Shown piece by piece: positions 32,820 through 41,859 of a stretch of 64,000 nt of DNA; positions within the stretch are counted from its first letter, which is position 1; every line of letters starts with the position of its first letter. Position numbers and translations under genes: made by a program. The notes under the pieces are model-generated. The model was not told the DNA's origin. It saw only the letters and a program-made list of their open reading frames with translations, and did not search any database. The DNA lies in the IMG/VR virus record IMGVR_UViG_3300044644_001125, positions 124,001 to 188,000 of that record; one strand, 5' to 3'.

Positions 32820-33288
32820 ATTGATGTCTCCTCTATAGACGTTGATTAGTAGTTCAAGATATTTCCCGATATCTTTTACTATGAGTATTTATCTTTTTGA
32901 ATCTAAAAGATAATGAAACCCAAGGAACCCGACTTAGATCGGGTTTCTTTTTGTCTAAAAGATAATGCCTTAAGGCTCGCACCTAGCGGTGCTCGCACCT
33001 CACAAATCCACCCACAATAGCTCCTCACAATATCCACCGTATACTTACATTGGCTCGCACCTAGCGGTGCTCGCGACCTCACAAATCCACCCACAATAGC
33101 TCGTCGCTAACGCTCCTCGCATCACTAAAATAAAATCCAACCTATCGGCACTCGCATCACTAAAATACAAACCAGCAACCTCACAAATCTAACCCACATC
33201 AAACCAACACCAAAAATACAAACAAATCCACTTGACATTCAACAAATCTCTAAGTACAATACGTAAAAAATACATTATAGGAACAAGC

Positions 33289-33561
33289 ATGGCAATTGAA
33301 ATAGCACCTGAAGAATACTGGAAAAAACTCGAATTTAATGATGCTAGGTTATATTTGTTTTCGTTGGTAATAGATAATCATGCAAATTGGCGATTTCCCA
33401 CACAAGATGAATGGCTTCACGAGATATACGACTTTACATCAGAATATAAGCAATTCTTTTCTGATTTTTGGCTACTAGAAGACTTGGCTTGCGTTACACC
33501 AGACAAATTAAATGAGTGGAAAGATCCGCTGTTTATAACCATACCAGTAAGAGACTTATAA
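33289..33561 (+). CDS. array unit 1
   Basis: MAIEIAPEEY..WRFPT..IPVRD. Confidence 0.75.
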   Translation: MAIEIAPEEYWKKLEFNDARLYLFSLVIDNHANWRFPTQDEWLHEIYDFTSEYKQFFSDFWLLEDLACVTPDKLNEWKDPLFITIPVRDL

Positions 33562-33833
33562 TGGCAAGACTAGACATAAAATTTGAACTCGCACCAGAGA
33601 AATACTGGAATTGTATGACGCATGAGGAAATCCGACTCTACTTGTTCTCATTGAATATTGATGGTACAACAGACTGGCGAGTACCCACTAACTACGAAAT
33701 TCTACAATTAAAAGGCATATGTTGGCAATCCGGTGAACTTGTTTGGTATAATGAAGCTGTTCTATATTTTAACAACCATCCAAGTAACGTCAGTGCATAC
33801 TACAAGTTAATTCCAGTGAGAGATAAAAGATGA
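33561..33833 (+). CDS. array unit 2
   Basis: FELAPEKY..DWRVPT..IPVRD; TAATG overlap. Confidence 0.75.
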   Translation: MARLDIKFELAPEKYWNCMTHEEIRLYLFSLNIDGTTDWRVPTNYEILQLKGICWQSGELVWYNEAVLYFNNHPSNVSAYYKLIPVRDKR

Positions 33834-34141
33834 TTGAAATAGCACCCAAAGAATATGAAATCCGATCAAGCTGGGACGATGCCCGTTTGTATTGTTTTGC
33901 TCTTCGCATAGATGGTAAAACTGGTTGGAGGTTGCCAACTGTTAAGGAGTTGAATAGTATCTGGGCTATGCCCGGCTGCGATTTTGCTAGATGGTATTAC
34001 TGGTCATCTGAAGAAGGTGACATTGGGTATGCTATTGATGTAGATTTTAATCGACAAGGTATAGATTATAAGTCATCGCCTGAGAATAAGGGATATGATG
34101 ATAACTTAGTTAGACCAGTAAGAGATCTAAAAGATGATTGA
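33830..34141 (+). CDS. array unit 3
   Basis: MIEIAP..GWRLPT..YWSS..RPVRDLKDD. Confidence 0.8.
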   Translation: MIEIAPKEYEIRSSWDDARLYCFALRIDGKTGWRLPTVKELNSIWAMPGCDFARWYYWSSEEGDIGYAIDVDFNRQGIDYKSSPENKGYDDNLVRPVRDLKDD

Positions 34142-34340
34142 GATAGGTGAAACAACAGATGCAAGATTGACCTACGCAGAAGCAGTGATGTATTGTTTTT
34201 GTTTAGGTGATGGTTGGAGATTGCCGACACGTCACGAATATTTCAATACAGACGAGGCAATGGCGTTTTCATGGTATAACGGTAAACAAAGCACGAGTCT
34301 GCGGCCAGTTACTCCAGTACGAGATCTAAAAGATGATTGA
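34134..34340 (+). CDS. array unit 4
   Basis: YCFCLGDGWRLPT..PVRDLKDD. Confidence 0.75.
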   Translation: MIEIGETTDARLTYAEAVMYCFCLGDGWRLPTRHEYFNTDEAMAFSWYNGKQSTSLRPVTPVRDLKDD

Positions 34341-34557
34341 AACAGAAATTGAAGTAGGTAAACCTGCAAAACCCATGACATATGATGAAGCGGTATTCTA
34401 TTGTTTTTGTTTAGGTGATGGTTGGAGATTGCCAACTGGCGAAGAATATATGCGTTTAAATCTGCAAATGTGTTGGTGGGAAGGTCAACGTTCATTAGGT
34501 GAAAGTTCATTAGGTGAATGGTTAGTTGTTCCAGTGCGAGATCTAAAAGATGATTGA
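34333..34557 (+). CDS. array unit 5
   Basis: YCFCLGDGWRLPT..PVRDLKDD. Confidence 0.75.
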   Translation: MIETEIEVGKPAKPMTYDEAVFYCFCLGDGWRLPTGEEYMRLNLQMCWWEGQRSLGESSLGEWLVVPVRDLKDD

Positions 34558-34765
34558 AACCAAATTTGAAATAGGTGTAAGATCAACAACAAAGATGACC
34601 TATGACGACGCAGTGATGTATTGTTTCTGTTTGGGTGATGGCTGGAGATTACCTACTATTGAAGAATTCGACGGCAATGTAAACTTCGTTTGGAACTTTA
34701 ATGACCAAACTAACCGTAATAACCGTTGGCATGTAATCCCAGTACGAGACTTACAAGATGATTGA
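34550..34765 (+). CDS. array unit 6
   Basis: YCFCLGDGWRLPT..PVRDLQDD. Confidence 0.75.
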   Translation: MIETKFEIGVRSTTKMTYDDAVMYCFCLGDGWRLPTIEEFDGNVNFVWNFNDQTNRNNRWHVIPVRDLQDD

Positions 34766-35015
34766 AATAGCACCTGAAGAATATTGGGTTGAATGTACGT
34801 GGCAAGAAATCAAACTGTACTTGTTTGTATTGACTATTGATGGTAAGCAGGATTGGAGATTACCAACCGAAGAGGAACAAGAGGATTGGTTTGTTAGCAT
34901 ACCGAATATCAAGGCTGAACGATGGACAATTACGGATACTTTGGATGAAGAATGGTATTCTCGAGTTGGATCCAAGTTTTTGTTAATCCCAGTACGAGAT
35001 CTAAAAGATGATTGA
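34758..35015 (+). CDS. array unit 7
   Basis: IDGKQDWRLPT..PVRDLKDD. Confidence 0.75.
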   Translation: MIEIAPEEYWVECTWQEIKLYLFVLTIDGKQDWRLPTEEEQEDWFVSIPNIKAERWTITDTLDEEWYSRVGSKFLLIPVRDLKDD

Positions 35016-35268
35016 GATAGCACCGGAAGAGTATTGGAAAAAATCGACCATCCACAATATCGATTTGTACTTGTTTGTTTTGACGATTGATGGTAAGATT
35101 GGCTGGAGATTGCCTACCAGCGACGAATGGATTTATTACGTGTATGATGCAAGTGACCCAAACCATTGGATGGGTAATTATTGGTTTTCAGATGAACTTG
35201 GTTATATTGAGGATCAGGGAGAACCTGAACTTGATATTATACCAGTAAGAGATCTAAAAGATGATTGA
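35008..35268 (+). CDS. array unit 8
   Basis: IDGKIGWRLPT..PVRDLKDD. Confidence 0.75.
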   Translation: MIEIAPEEYWKKSTIHNIDLYLFVLTIDGKIGWRLPTSDEWIYYVYDASDPNHWMGNYWFSDELGYIEDQGEPELDIIPVRDLKDD

Positions 35269-35473
35269 GATAGGTGAAACTACAAATTCAAGAATGACCT
35301 ACGCCGATGCCGTATTTTACTGTTTTTGTCTAGGTGGCGACTGGAGATTACCAACTGAAGGGGAATCCGCGCGTTATATACCAGGTCACATTGGTTGGTT
35401 AAAAGACGACTTCCTGCGCCATGGTGTTAGTCTTTGGCCCGTAACTCCAGTGCGAGATCTAAAAGATGATTGA
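35261..35473 (+). CDS. array unit 9
   Basis: YCFCLGGDWRLPT..PVRDLKDD. Confidence 0.75.
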   Translation: MIEIGETTNSRMTYADAVFYCFCLGGDWRLPTEGESARYIPGHIGWLKDDFLRHGVSLWPVTPVRDLKDD

Positions 35474-35717
35474 ACCCAAACTCGAAGTAGCACCTGAAGA
35501 GTACTGGATAGAAACCGAGGTGACTAATCTTATATTTTATCTTATGTTATTGGACATTGATGGTAACCGGGATTGGCGGGTCCCAACACTTGACGAAACT
35601 CGAGTTGTAAGAGTTCATGGCATTCGTGGGATGTGGAATTCTAATGATACGGTTGATAACATTTCCCACAAAATTAAATATTGGTTAATCCCAGTACGAG
35701 ATCTAAAAGATGATTGA
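35466..35717 (+). CDS. array unit 10
   Basis: IDGNRDWRVPT..PVRDLKDD. Confidence 0.75.
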   Translation: MIEPKLEVAPEEYWIETEVTNLIFYLMLLDIDGNRDWRVPTLDETRVVRVHGIRGMWNSNDTVDNISHKIKYWLIPVRDLKDD

Positions 35718-35949
35718 AGTAGCACAGAAAAACCAATGGCTCTCAGTTAGTCAAGCCGATGCTAAACTTCGGATGTTTGTTCTGGGTGATGGTTGGAGGT
35801 TTCCGACCTTCGTGGAAACCCACAGTCTGCAATTTCCAATGATGGTTTCACCAGTTTGGAATACAGATACTATTAATAACCCTGAGTTAGATAAGCATCA
35901 TGATGTTCGACGGGTGTTTATCCCAGTACGAGATCTAAAAGATGATTGA
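35710..35949 (+). CDS. array unit 11
   Basis: LGDGWRFPT..PVRDLKDD. Confidence 0.75.
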   Translation: MIEVAQKNQWLSVSQADAKLRMFVLGDGWRFPTFVETHSLQFPMMVSPVWNTDTINNPELDKHHDVRRVFIPVRDLKDD

Positions 35950-36181
35950 AGTAGCACAGAAAAAGCAATGGATTCCCCTTGTACGAGACGATGTTAAACT
36001 TCGTGTGTTTTTACTAGGTGATGGGTGGAGATTACCAACCTTTGACGAAACTCGACTGCTGCAATTTCCAACGATGACCACACCTTACTGGTATGCGGAT
36101 ATCATTAATAATCCAGAGTTAGATAAGGGTCGTAGCAATCGTCGATTACTTATCCCAGTACGAGATCTAAAAGATGATTGA
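35942..36181 (+). CDS. array unit 12 (close paralog of unit 11)
   Basis: MIEVAQK..LQFP..INNPELDK shared with unit 11. Confidence 0.75.
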   Translation: MIEVAQKKQWIPLVRDDVKLRVFLLGDGWRLPTFDETRLLQFPTMTTPYWYADIINNPELDKGRSNRRLLIPVRDLKDD

Positions 36182-36407
36182 AATAGCACCTGTTGAATAT
36201 CACAAAAAATTAACGTATACGGATGCCAAGTTATATTGTTTTTCTTTGAATATAGATGGTAAGGTTGGTTGGAGATTACCAACACAGAAAGAATTTTTCA
36301 ATAACCGAAACATATATGGTTGGTATGCTGATGGTGTAGGTGAACGAAGTGATCGATTAACTAATCTTGGAACTATTATCCCAGTACGAGATCTAAAAGA
36401 TGATTGA
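36174..36407 (+). CDS. array unit 13
   Basis: YCFSLNIDGKVGWRLPT..PVRDLKDD. Confidence 0.75.
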   Translation: MIEIAPVEYHKKLTYTDAKLYCFSLNIDGKVGWRLPTQKEFFNNRNIYGWYADGVGERSDRLTNLGTIIPVRDLKDD

Positions 36408-36609
36408 AATAGGTCCTAGAACAAATACTCCATTATCCAAAGAGGATGCGGAATTTTACTGTTTTTGCCTTGGTGACGGTTGGCGATTAGCAACAGCGGA
36501 TGAGTTTTACTCGATGCTTGGTAGTATTATTGGTTGTTACGATTCTTTTAGTGACCCAAATACCGTAAAATTATTCTTCACACCAGTACGAGATCTAAAA
36601 GATGATTGA
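36400..36609 (+). CDS. array unit 14
   Basis: YCFCLGDGWRLAT..PVRDLKDD. Confidence 0.75.
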   Translation: MIEIGPRTNTPLSKEDAEFYCFCLGDGWRLATADEFYSMLGSIIGCYDSFSDPNTVKLFFTPVRDLKDD

Positions 36610-36811
36610 GATAGGTGAACAATCAGAATTTAAAATGACCTACGACGAAGCAGTTATGTATTGTTTTTGTTTAGGTGATGGTTGGCGATTACCAAGTCAA
36701 GAAGAATACCACAAATACATCCCACCCTATTTTGGTGTAACTTGGTATCAAGAACATGGTTTGTGGTTTAATTTACCAGTAATCCCAGTGCGAGATATAA
36801 TCGATGATTGA
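36602..36811 (+). CDS. array unit 15
   Basis: YCFCLGDGWRLPS..PVRDIIDD. Confidence 0.75.
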   Translation: MIEIGEQSEFKMTYDEAVMYCFCLGDGWRLPSQEEYHKYIPPYFGVTWYQEHGLWFNLPVIPVRDIIDD

Positions 36812-37040
36812 GCAAGCACCCAAAGAATACGAAAAAGAGTTGACGTGGAATGCAGCAATCTTCTACTGTTTCTCACTTAATATTGAAGGTGATGTTGGTT
36901 GGAGATTACCGACTTATGAAGAAATACGTACTATCGTTGGTTACACGAATACGTGGAAATATTGGTACGGTGAAGTCAGAGATGACAGTGAGACTAAAAG
37001 ATATCGAGTAATCCCAGTGCGAGATCTAAAAGATGATTGA
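36804..37040 (+). CDS. array unit 16
   Basis: YCFSLNIEGDVGWRLPT..PVRDLKDD. Confidence 0.75.
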   Translation: MIEQAPKEYEKELTWNAAIFYCFSLNIEGDVGWRLPTYEEIRTIVGYTNTWKYWYGEVRDDSETKRYRVIPVRDLKDD

Positions 37041-37248
37041 AATCGGAAAAGCATCAGAATTTGGCATAAGTTATGACGAGGCAGTTTTGTATTGTTTTTG
37101 TTTGGGTGATGGTTGGAGGTTACCAACACAAGCGGAATACTACGCTAATCAGGAATCAGTTGGTGCATGCTGGTATCAAGGCGACCCGGCAAGCCATTTG
37201 GGTAAACTGTGGCCAGTAGTCCCAGTGCGAGATATAAAAGCGGATTGA
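37033..37248 (+). CDS. array unit 17
   Basis: YCFCLGDGWRLPT..PVRDIKAD. Confidence 0.75.
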   Translation: MIEIGKASEFGISYDEAVLYCFCLGDGWRLPTQAEYYANQESVGACWYQGDPASHLGKLWPVVPVRDIKAD

Positions 37249-37445
37249 ATCAATCGCGAGTGTCACCTAAATATCGGTATGAAATTCTTAATTTACGTCG
37301 CACTCACTTACGGTTTAGCATGGATATTAACCACGGTTATTGATCAAATCCAGCACTACAACATTCCTACCAAACACTGGTATGAGTTTGGTTACCTATT
37401 ATCTATTATTGTATTCACACACATAATTGCTTACTTTGTACGAAA

Positions 37446-38231
37446 ATGACTAGAATATACTACGCATCAGATTTACATTTAGAACATCGCCAATTGGATT
37501 ACGGGATTATACATCCGATTCCAAATAGCATTTTAGTATTAGCTGGTGATATTGTTCCTACTGCGAGTCTAATATTCCAACAGAATCACCCAGATCCTAC
37601 TAGTACTGATTTTGTTGACTTTTTTGAGATTATTTCGTTTAAGTACAAACATGTCATTTATGTTGCTGGGAATCATTCATTATATGGATCCCAATATAAC
37701 AGCATTGGTAACTTAAAACGCGCATTGGCTGAGTATACCAATATCCATGTTTTAGATTGCGAATCGATTACCTTAGAAGGTATTGATTTTTACGGTGGTA
37801 CGTGCTGGACTGACTTCAACCGAGAAGATCCACAAACCATGATGTTAGCACCAAGAACGTTAATGGACTTTCGTGTTATTAAAGAAGGCACTGGTAAGTT
37901 CTTACCTAGCACTGCGTTAGAATTACACAAACAATACTTGGTTGGATTAGACAAGTTCTTAAATACTACTAAGAACAAGACAGTTGTTGTGAGTCATCAT
38001 TCTCCATCACATGCGACTATTAATCCAATCTACAAAGACCAATACCACATGAATGGATTGTTCTCGTCGGATTTGACCGAATACATGGAAGGGATTGATT
38101 ATTTCATCTATGGTCACATGCATTCAGGCTTAGACGTGGTACATGGTGACTGCCACGTTATTACAAACCCTCGTGGGTATCCTCACGAACCAAGTCACCG
38201 CAATTTTCAAATGAGGTATTTTGACTTATGA
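37446..38231 (+). CDS. calcineurin-like metallophosphoesterase
   Basis: SDLH, LAGDI, GNH, HH.P, GHMH, NPRGY. Confidence 0.9.
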   Translation: MTRIYYASDLHLEHRQLDYGIIHPIPNSILVLAGDIVPTASLIFQQNHPDPTSTDFVDFFEIISFKYKHVIYVAGNHSLYGSQYNSIGNLKRALAEYTNIHVLDCESITLEGIDFYGGTCWTDFNREDPQTMMLAPRTLMDFRVIKEGTGKFLPSTALELHKQYLVGLDKFLNTTKNKTVVVSHHSPSHATINPIYKDQYHMNGLFSSDLTEYMEGIDYFIYGHMHSGLDVVHGDCHVITNPRGYPHEPSHRNFQMRYFDL

Positions 38232-38415
38232 CCATGCATTATACAAAACATCGTGATGTTAAGAAATCGTCATTAATAGATGGCTATGGTTCTGTATCTG
38301 GAATGGAAGGGCCATTCAGAGATAAACAAGATAAGGTTGTTTACTACGACCCATTGCAAGGTAAGTACCTTTCTGCTAAGGAAGTTTTTAAGTACTCTGC
38401 AGTTCACTAAAAGAT

Positions 38416-38440
38416 AAGGCACCGACATAGGTGCCTTTTT
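38416..38440. terminator. terminator between convergent genes
   Basis: AAGGCACC/GGTGCCTT stem plus T-run. Confidence 0.75.
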
Positions 38441-39030
38441 TAGTTAAAGTTGATTGGTAAATCGTAGTCAACAATCTTATCAGTTGGTTTGATCTGTTGC
38501 ACGTCTGAGATTTTCTGTAAGTTGAAAATAACGACCATCATTTCATTCCACCCAAAAGCATTTGGTACTAGTAGATAATCGATGCCATTGTCTACAAAGA
38601 ACTGACTTAAGTTAACAGTATCGGTTGCCTTAATTGCTTTTTCATTCAAAATGACGTTATTGAATACATACGCTGGTATCATGTTATTTTGATTGTACTT
38701 CTCAAGTCGTTGCATAATGTCGTTACGTTTTGCTTTAGTTACGAATTGGTTAACAAACCCAAGTGCCTTATCATGTTCGACATGCGATTTATTCGCATCC
38801 GTGCCTTTAGTCAAGGTAAGCAGATATAGTTTTCGTGAACCTTTGCTGTATTTTCTGGCAGTGTCGTAATGGGTGGTTGCGTACAAACCAGCACCATATT
38901 CAAATCTACCGGTTTTTTGTGGAATTAAGACTAAGTCACTGGTTAAGTTTCCACCATGCCACAAACTCATGGTTCCTGGCTCTTTTGATAATTCAACTGT
39001 GTTTTCTGTTACAAACTCGGATATTCGCAT
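38440..39030 (-). CDS. putative ADP-ribosyltransferase-like protein with capsid-targeting-like N-terminus
   Basis: LWHG..GAGLYAT..A.KY..E.VI H-Y-E-like pattern; MRISEFVTE; TAAATA 39057-39062. Confidence 0.55.
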   Translation of the reverse strand: MRISEFVTENTVELSKEPGTMSLWHGGNLTSDLVLIPQKTGRFEYGAGLYATTHYDTARKYSKGSRKLYLLTLTKGTDANKSHVEHDKALGFVNQFVTKAKRNDIMQRLEKYNQNNMIPAYVFNNVILNEKAIKATDTVNLSQFFVDNGIDYLLVPNAFGWNEMMVVIFNLQKISDVQQIKPTDKIVDYDLPINFN

Positions 39031-39145
39031 TTAGTTACTCTCTTGTTAGTATCCGGTATTTATGGCTCGCACCTAGCGGTGCTCGCTACCAAACAAAATC
39101 CAATTAAACCTTGACATCCCTTATCTTTTAGCTATAATACGACCC

Positions 39146-39466
39146 ATGATTGAATTTGCCCCAGACGAATATTGTACATACTTAAATTGGTACGATGCCA
39201 AGGTCTACTGTTTTGCTTTGACGATTGATGGTAAGACTGGTTGGCGATTACCTACGTTTGAAGAATTTGCAGAATGGAATGCCAGTTCTGAGTATGCTGG
39301 CGTTCGTGAGTTTGATATCGCGTTACCTGTACATTTCTGTTGGACTTCAACAGAAAATGAAGATCAACAAGATACCGTGTGGGTTCACTGTGATCAAGGT
39401 ATTATCTACAGCACAGAGGGCAAGGAATATCGCAGATTAACAAAACCGTGTAGAACATTCTCTTGA
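39146..39466 (+). CDS. mini DUF1566/Lcl-like family protein
   Basis: WYDAKVYC..GWRLPT..CWTSTE; own sigma70 promoter at 39111. Confidence 0.75.
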   Translation: MIEFAPDEYCTYLNWYDAKVYCFALTIDGKTGWRLPTFEEFAEWNASSEYAGVREFDIALPVHFCWTSTENEDQQDTVWVHCDQGIIYSTEGKEYRRLTKPCRTFS

Positions 39467-40957
39467 CATCCGGTAAATATAGGGTATACTACTTCACATG
39501 TCAACCAAGGAGACCAAATGTCGCAGCTACTCGATCGATTTACTAACTTTTTCAAGAAACAACCACCAGTTGAAATGACTGAACAGGAACGCATGATGTA
39601 CTACATTGAGCAAACCATTCAAAAAAGTAAACTTGAGGCTAAAGAGCATTGCACTGTTTGTATTTTTCAAACTCCTCGTGAAACACCAACCGGTGCTACT
39701 TTAGAATTGTTTCGACCAGAGTTAGTTATCCCAGATGATGCAATTTACATCGAGGATAGATTGATTAAGTTGGGACATTATTGTTCTACCAAGTACAACA
39801 GAAATTCAATAACCGTCTTTGTCTATTTTGACGAGGATCATTTTAACTTTTAAACAGGAGATACGATGGATGATTACTGGTCATACATTGGAGTTGGTGT
39901 AAGTTGTTTTGTATTAGGGTGGGTAATATCACATTGGTATTGCATTCGAACCTTTGGTGATATCTTAGAATACTTTGGTATTACGGTGGATGACTTGGAG
40001 AACATGAAAATCGAAGAGTTGTTAGCCAAGAATGAAGACGAACCAGATGAAACCGAAGTAGCTATTACTGTTGAGACAGTTAACGGCCAACTATATGCTT
40101 ACACTAAAGAAAACCCAAGATTCCTTGCACAAGGCCGTAACCGCGAAGAATTGATTAATGCGTTAGGTGAGAAATTATCTGATGTAACCATCCTTATCTC
40201 TGAAGGAGATGAAGGTTTCGAATTAATGACTACCGAGAACTAAACTATGAATACTAACTTTATTGACGACATTGAACCAAAAACTGAAGAACAACGTTTA
40301 CGTAACATATTACTAGGCATTGCTACTTTGAATGCTGCTGATTATTGTACTGGTACTGAATTACAATGGGCTGAAGCTGCCCTGTTTAGAAAGGTTCGCC
40401 AAGTTGCTCACGAGGCATTGATGGAAGAACCAATTTGTTAATAGTTTATTTCCAATTTGGAAACAATTATTGCTACTTTTAAGCAATAAATACTATATTA
40501 CAACCCACAAGGAAACAATCATGAAAACATCGAACAAAAATCGATCAACTACTGCCCCTTACCTTTGGGGTCCTGGCGAAACAACCGTAGAACCACCTTC
40601 TGCGCATACTGTGGTAGAAAACCCATGGGTTTTACTATTCTCAACTGGTTTTGCTCTTTGGGTATTATCGGGGTTGATAGCATGAAAGAACATGGCACTA
40701 AACAAATCAATGCGTTAATGCACGACTTATCCATTGTTGCAACTGTGTTTTTAGTTGGAGCTACTACATTAATCCTGACATCATTAGGCTAAAAATGTCA
40801 CAAACTCAATTTGATATTATTGAAGATCAAGCTGAACAAATCAAACGTTACAAGGAAGTTGTATTTGGATTGTCAGTGGTGGTTGGAGTACAAACCACTT
40901 TGATACTAGGTGGTGCTCTACTCACCTACTATGCATATTACTATCTTTCTTGAAATC

Positions 40958-40984
40958 AAGGGCTACTACGGTAGCCCTTTTTTG
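40958..40984 (+). terminator. intrinsic terminator
   Basis: AAGGGCTAC-TACG-GTAGCCCTT stem-loop plus T-run. Confidence 0.8.
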
Positions 40985-41269
40985 TGTCTAAAAGATAATT
41001 GAAAATAATGGTTGACATTAGTATTCATTAGCGTTACAATTAACCATAGATTGAAATTACCCAAAAGCAGTGAACGAGATACCTTGAAAAATAGGTTGAC
41101 AATCCCCATTATAAAGTCTATACTTAATCATATTCTAGCTAAAAGCAGTTACACTAAAGTAGTTTACAGAGACCAACTCAATTATTATCGACACCCAGTC
41201 TATTAATTCTATTATCTTTTAGAGACCATCTCAAATCATATCGACACCAAGTCTATTATCTTTTAGGCA

Positions 41270-41745
41270 CCCGCCAACCCTTGCTCACCGAATTACTAGA
41301 ACTAACTTAGAAAGGTGAGAGAACTGTCAAGAAAGCCGTGCACAGGCGACCATAACGTGCCCTTAAACCCTAGTCTAATTGAATCATAGGGGATGGAAGT
41401 TCCGAAGTTGACAGCGGAGATATAACACACTACCCCGCCAGATGAGTTATGGGATACGCCTTCGTACAACCCATTTGTGTTATAGCGAAATTAGTAAAAA
41501 AGGCTAAAGATGGGTTGAGAAAACCCACGTCATATGAATGAGGTAGCAGTTGTTCATATGGCCACCGTCAGATTAATAAGACTGAGCTCGAGGTACCGGC
41601 TGACCGCCTCTGTAATTGCTCTACTGCTGCTGTGATGCGATACTTGTATGCAGAACAACTTTGGCTATGTTTATATAATGTAGCCAAAACAACTTAGAAG
41701 TCACCCGAGTTTTTCGGGTTAAGATGTTCAGCTCCTCATACTGCA
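41270..41745 (+). ncRNA. large structured non-coding RNA candidate (class unknown)
   Basis: no ORF; more than 10 nested helices; G-U wobbles favour + strand; two sigma70 promoters at ~41032 and ~41096. Confidence 0.6.
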
Positions 41746-41859
41746 GTATTAAAAGCCTCTATAATAGATCTATTAATGATTCTATTATAAATCTATAATT
41801 GTAGGAGCGTATAAGATAATTCTAAAAGATAATAGATCCATTACTTCCTACCTGCTTAA

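Larger units (their letters stand above)
33289..37248 (+). repeat. tandem array of 17 paralogous mini DUF1566/Lcl-like genes with conserved junction repeat
   Basis: GAGATCTAAAAGATGATTGA exact at 12 junctions; ATGATTGA start/stop overlap; sigma70 promoter at 33232. Confidence 0.9.

Noticed and set aside
33830-37248. CRISPR array
   Set aside because: Repeat spacing is 200-310 bp, every spacer is an in-frame paralogous ORF, and no cas genes are present
33289-37248. Complete DGR or integron within the window
   Set aside because: No reverse transcriptase, AAC-rich template repeat, integrase or attC-like palindromes seen; array units differ by indels and at all bases
41012-41206. 64-aa ORF
   Set aside because: Starts at a TTGACA box, has no RBS and overlaps promoters
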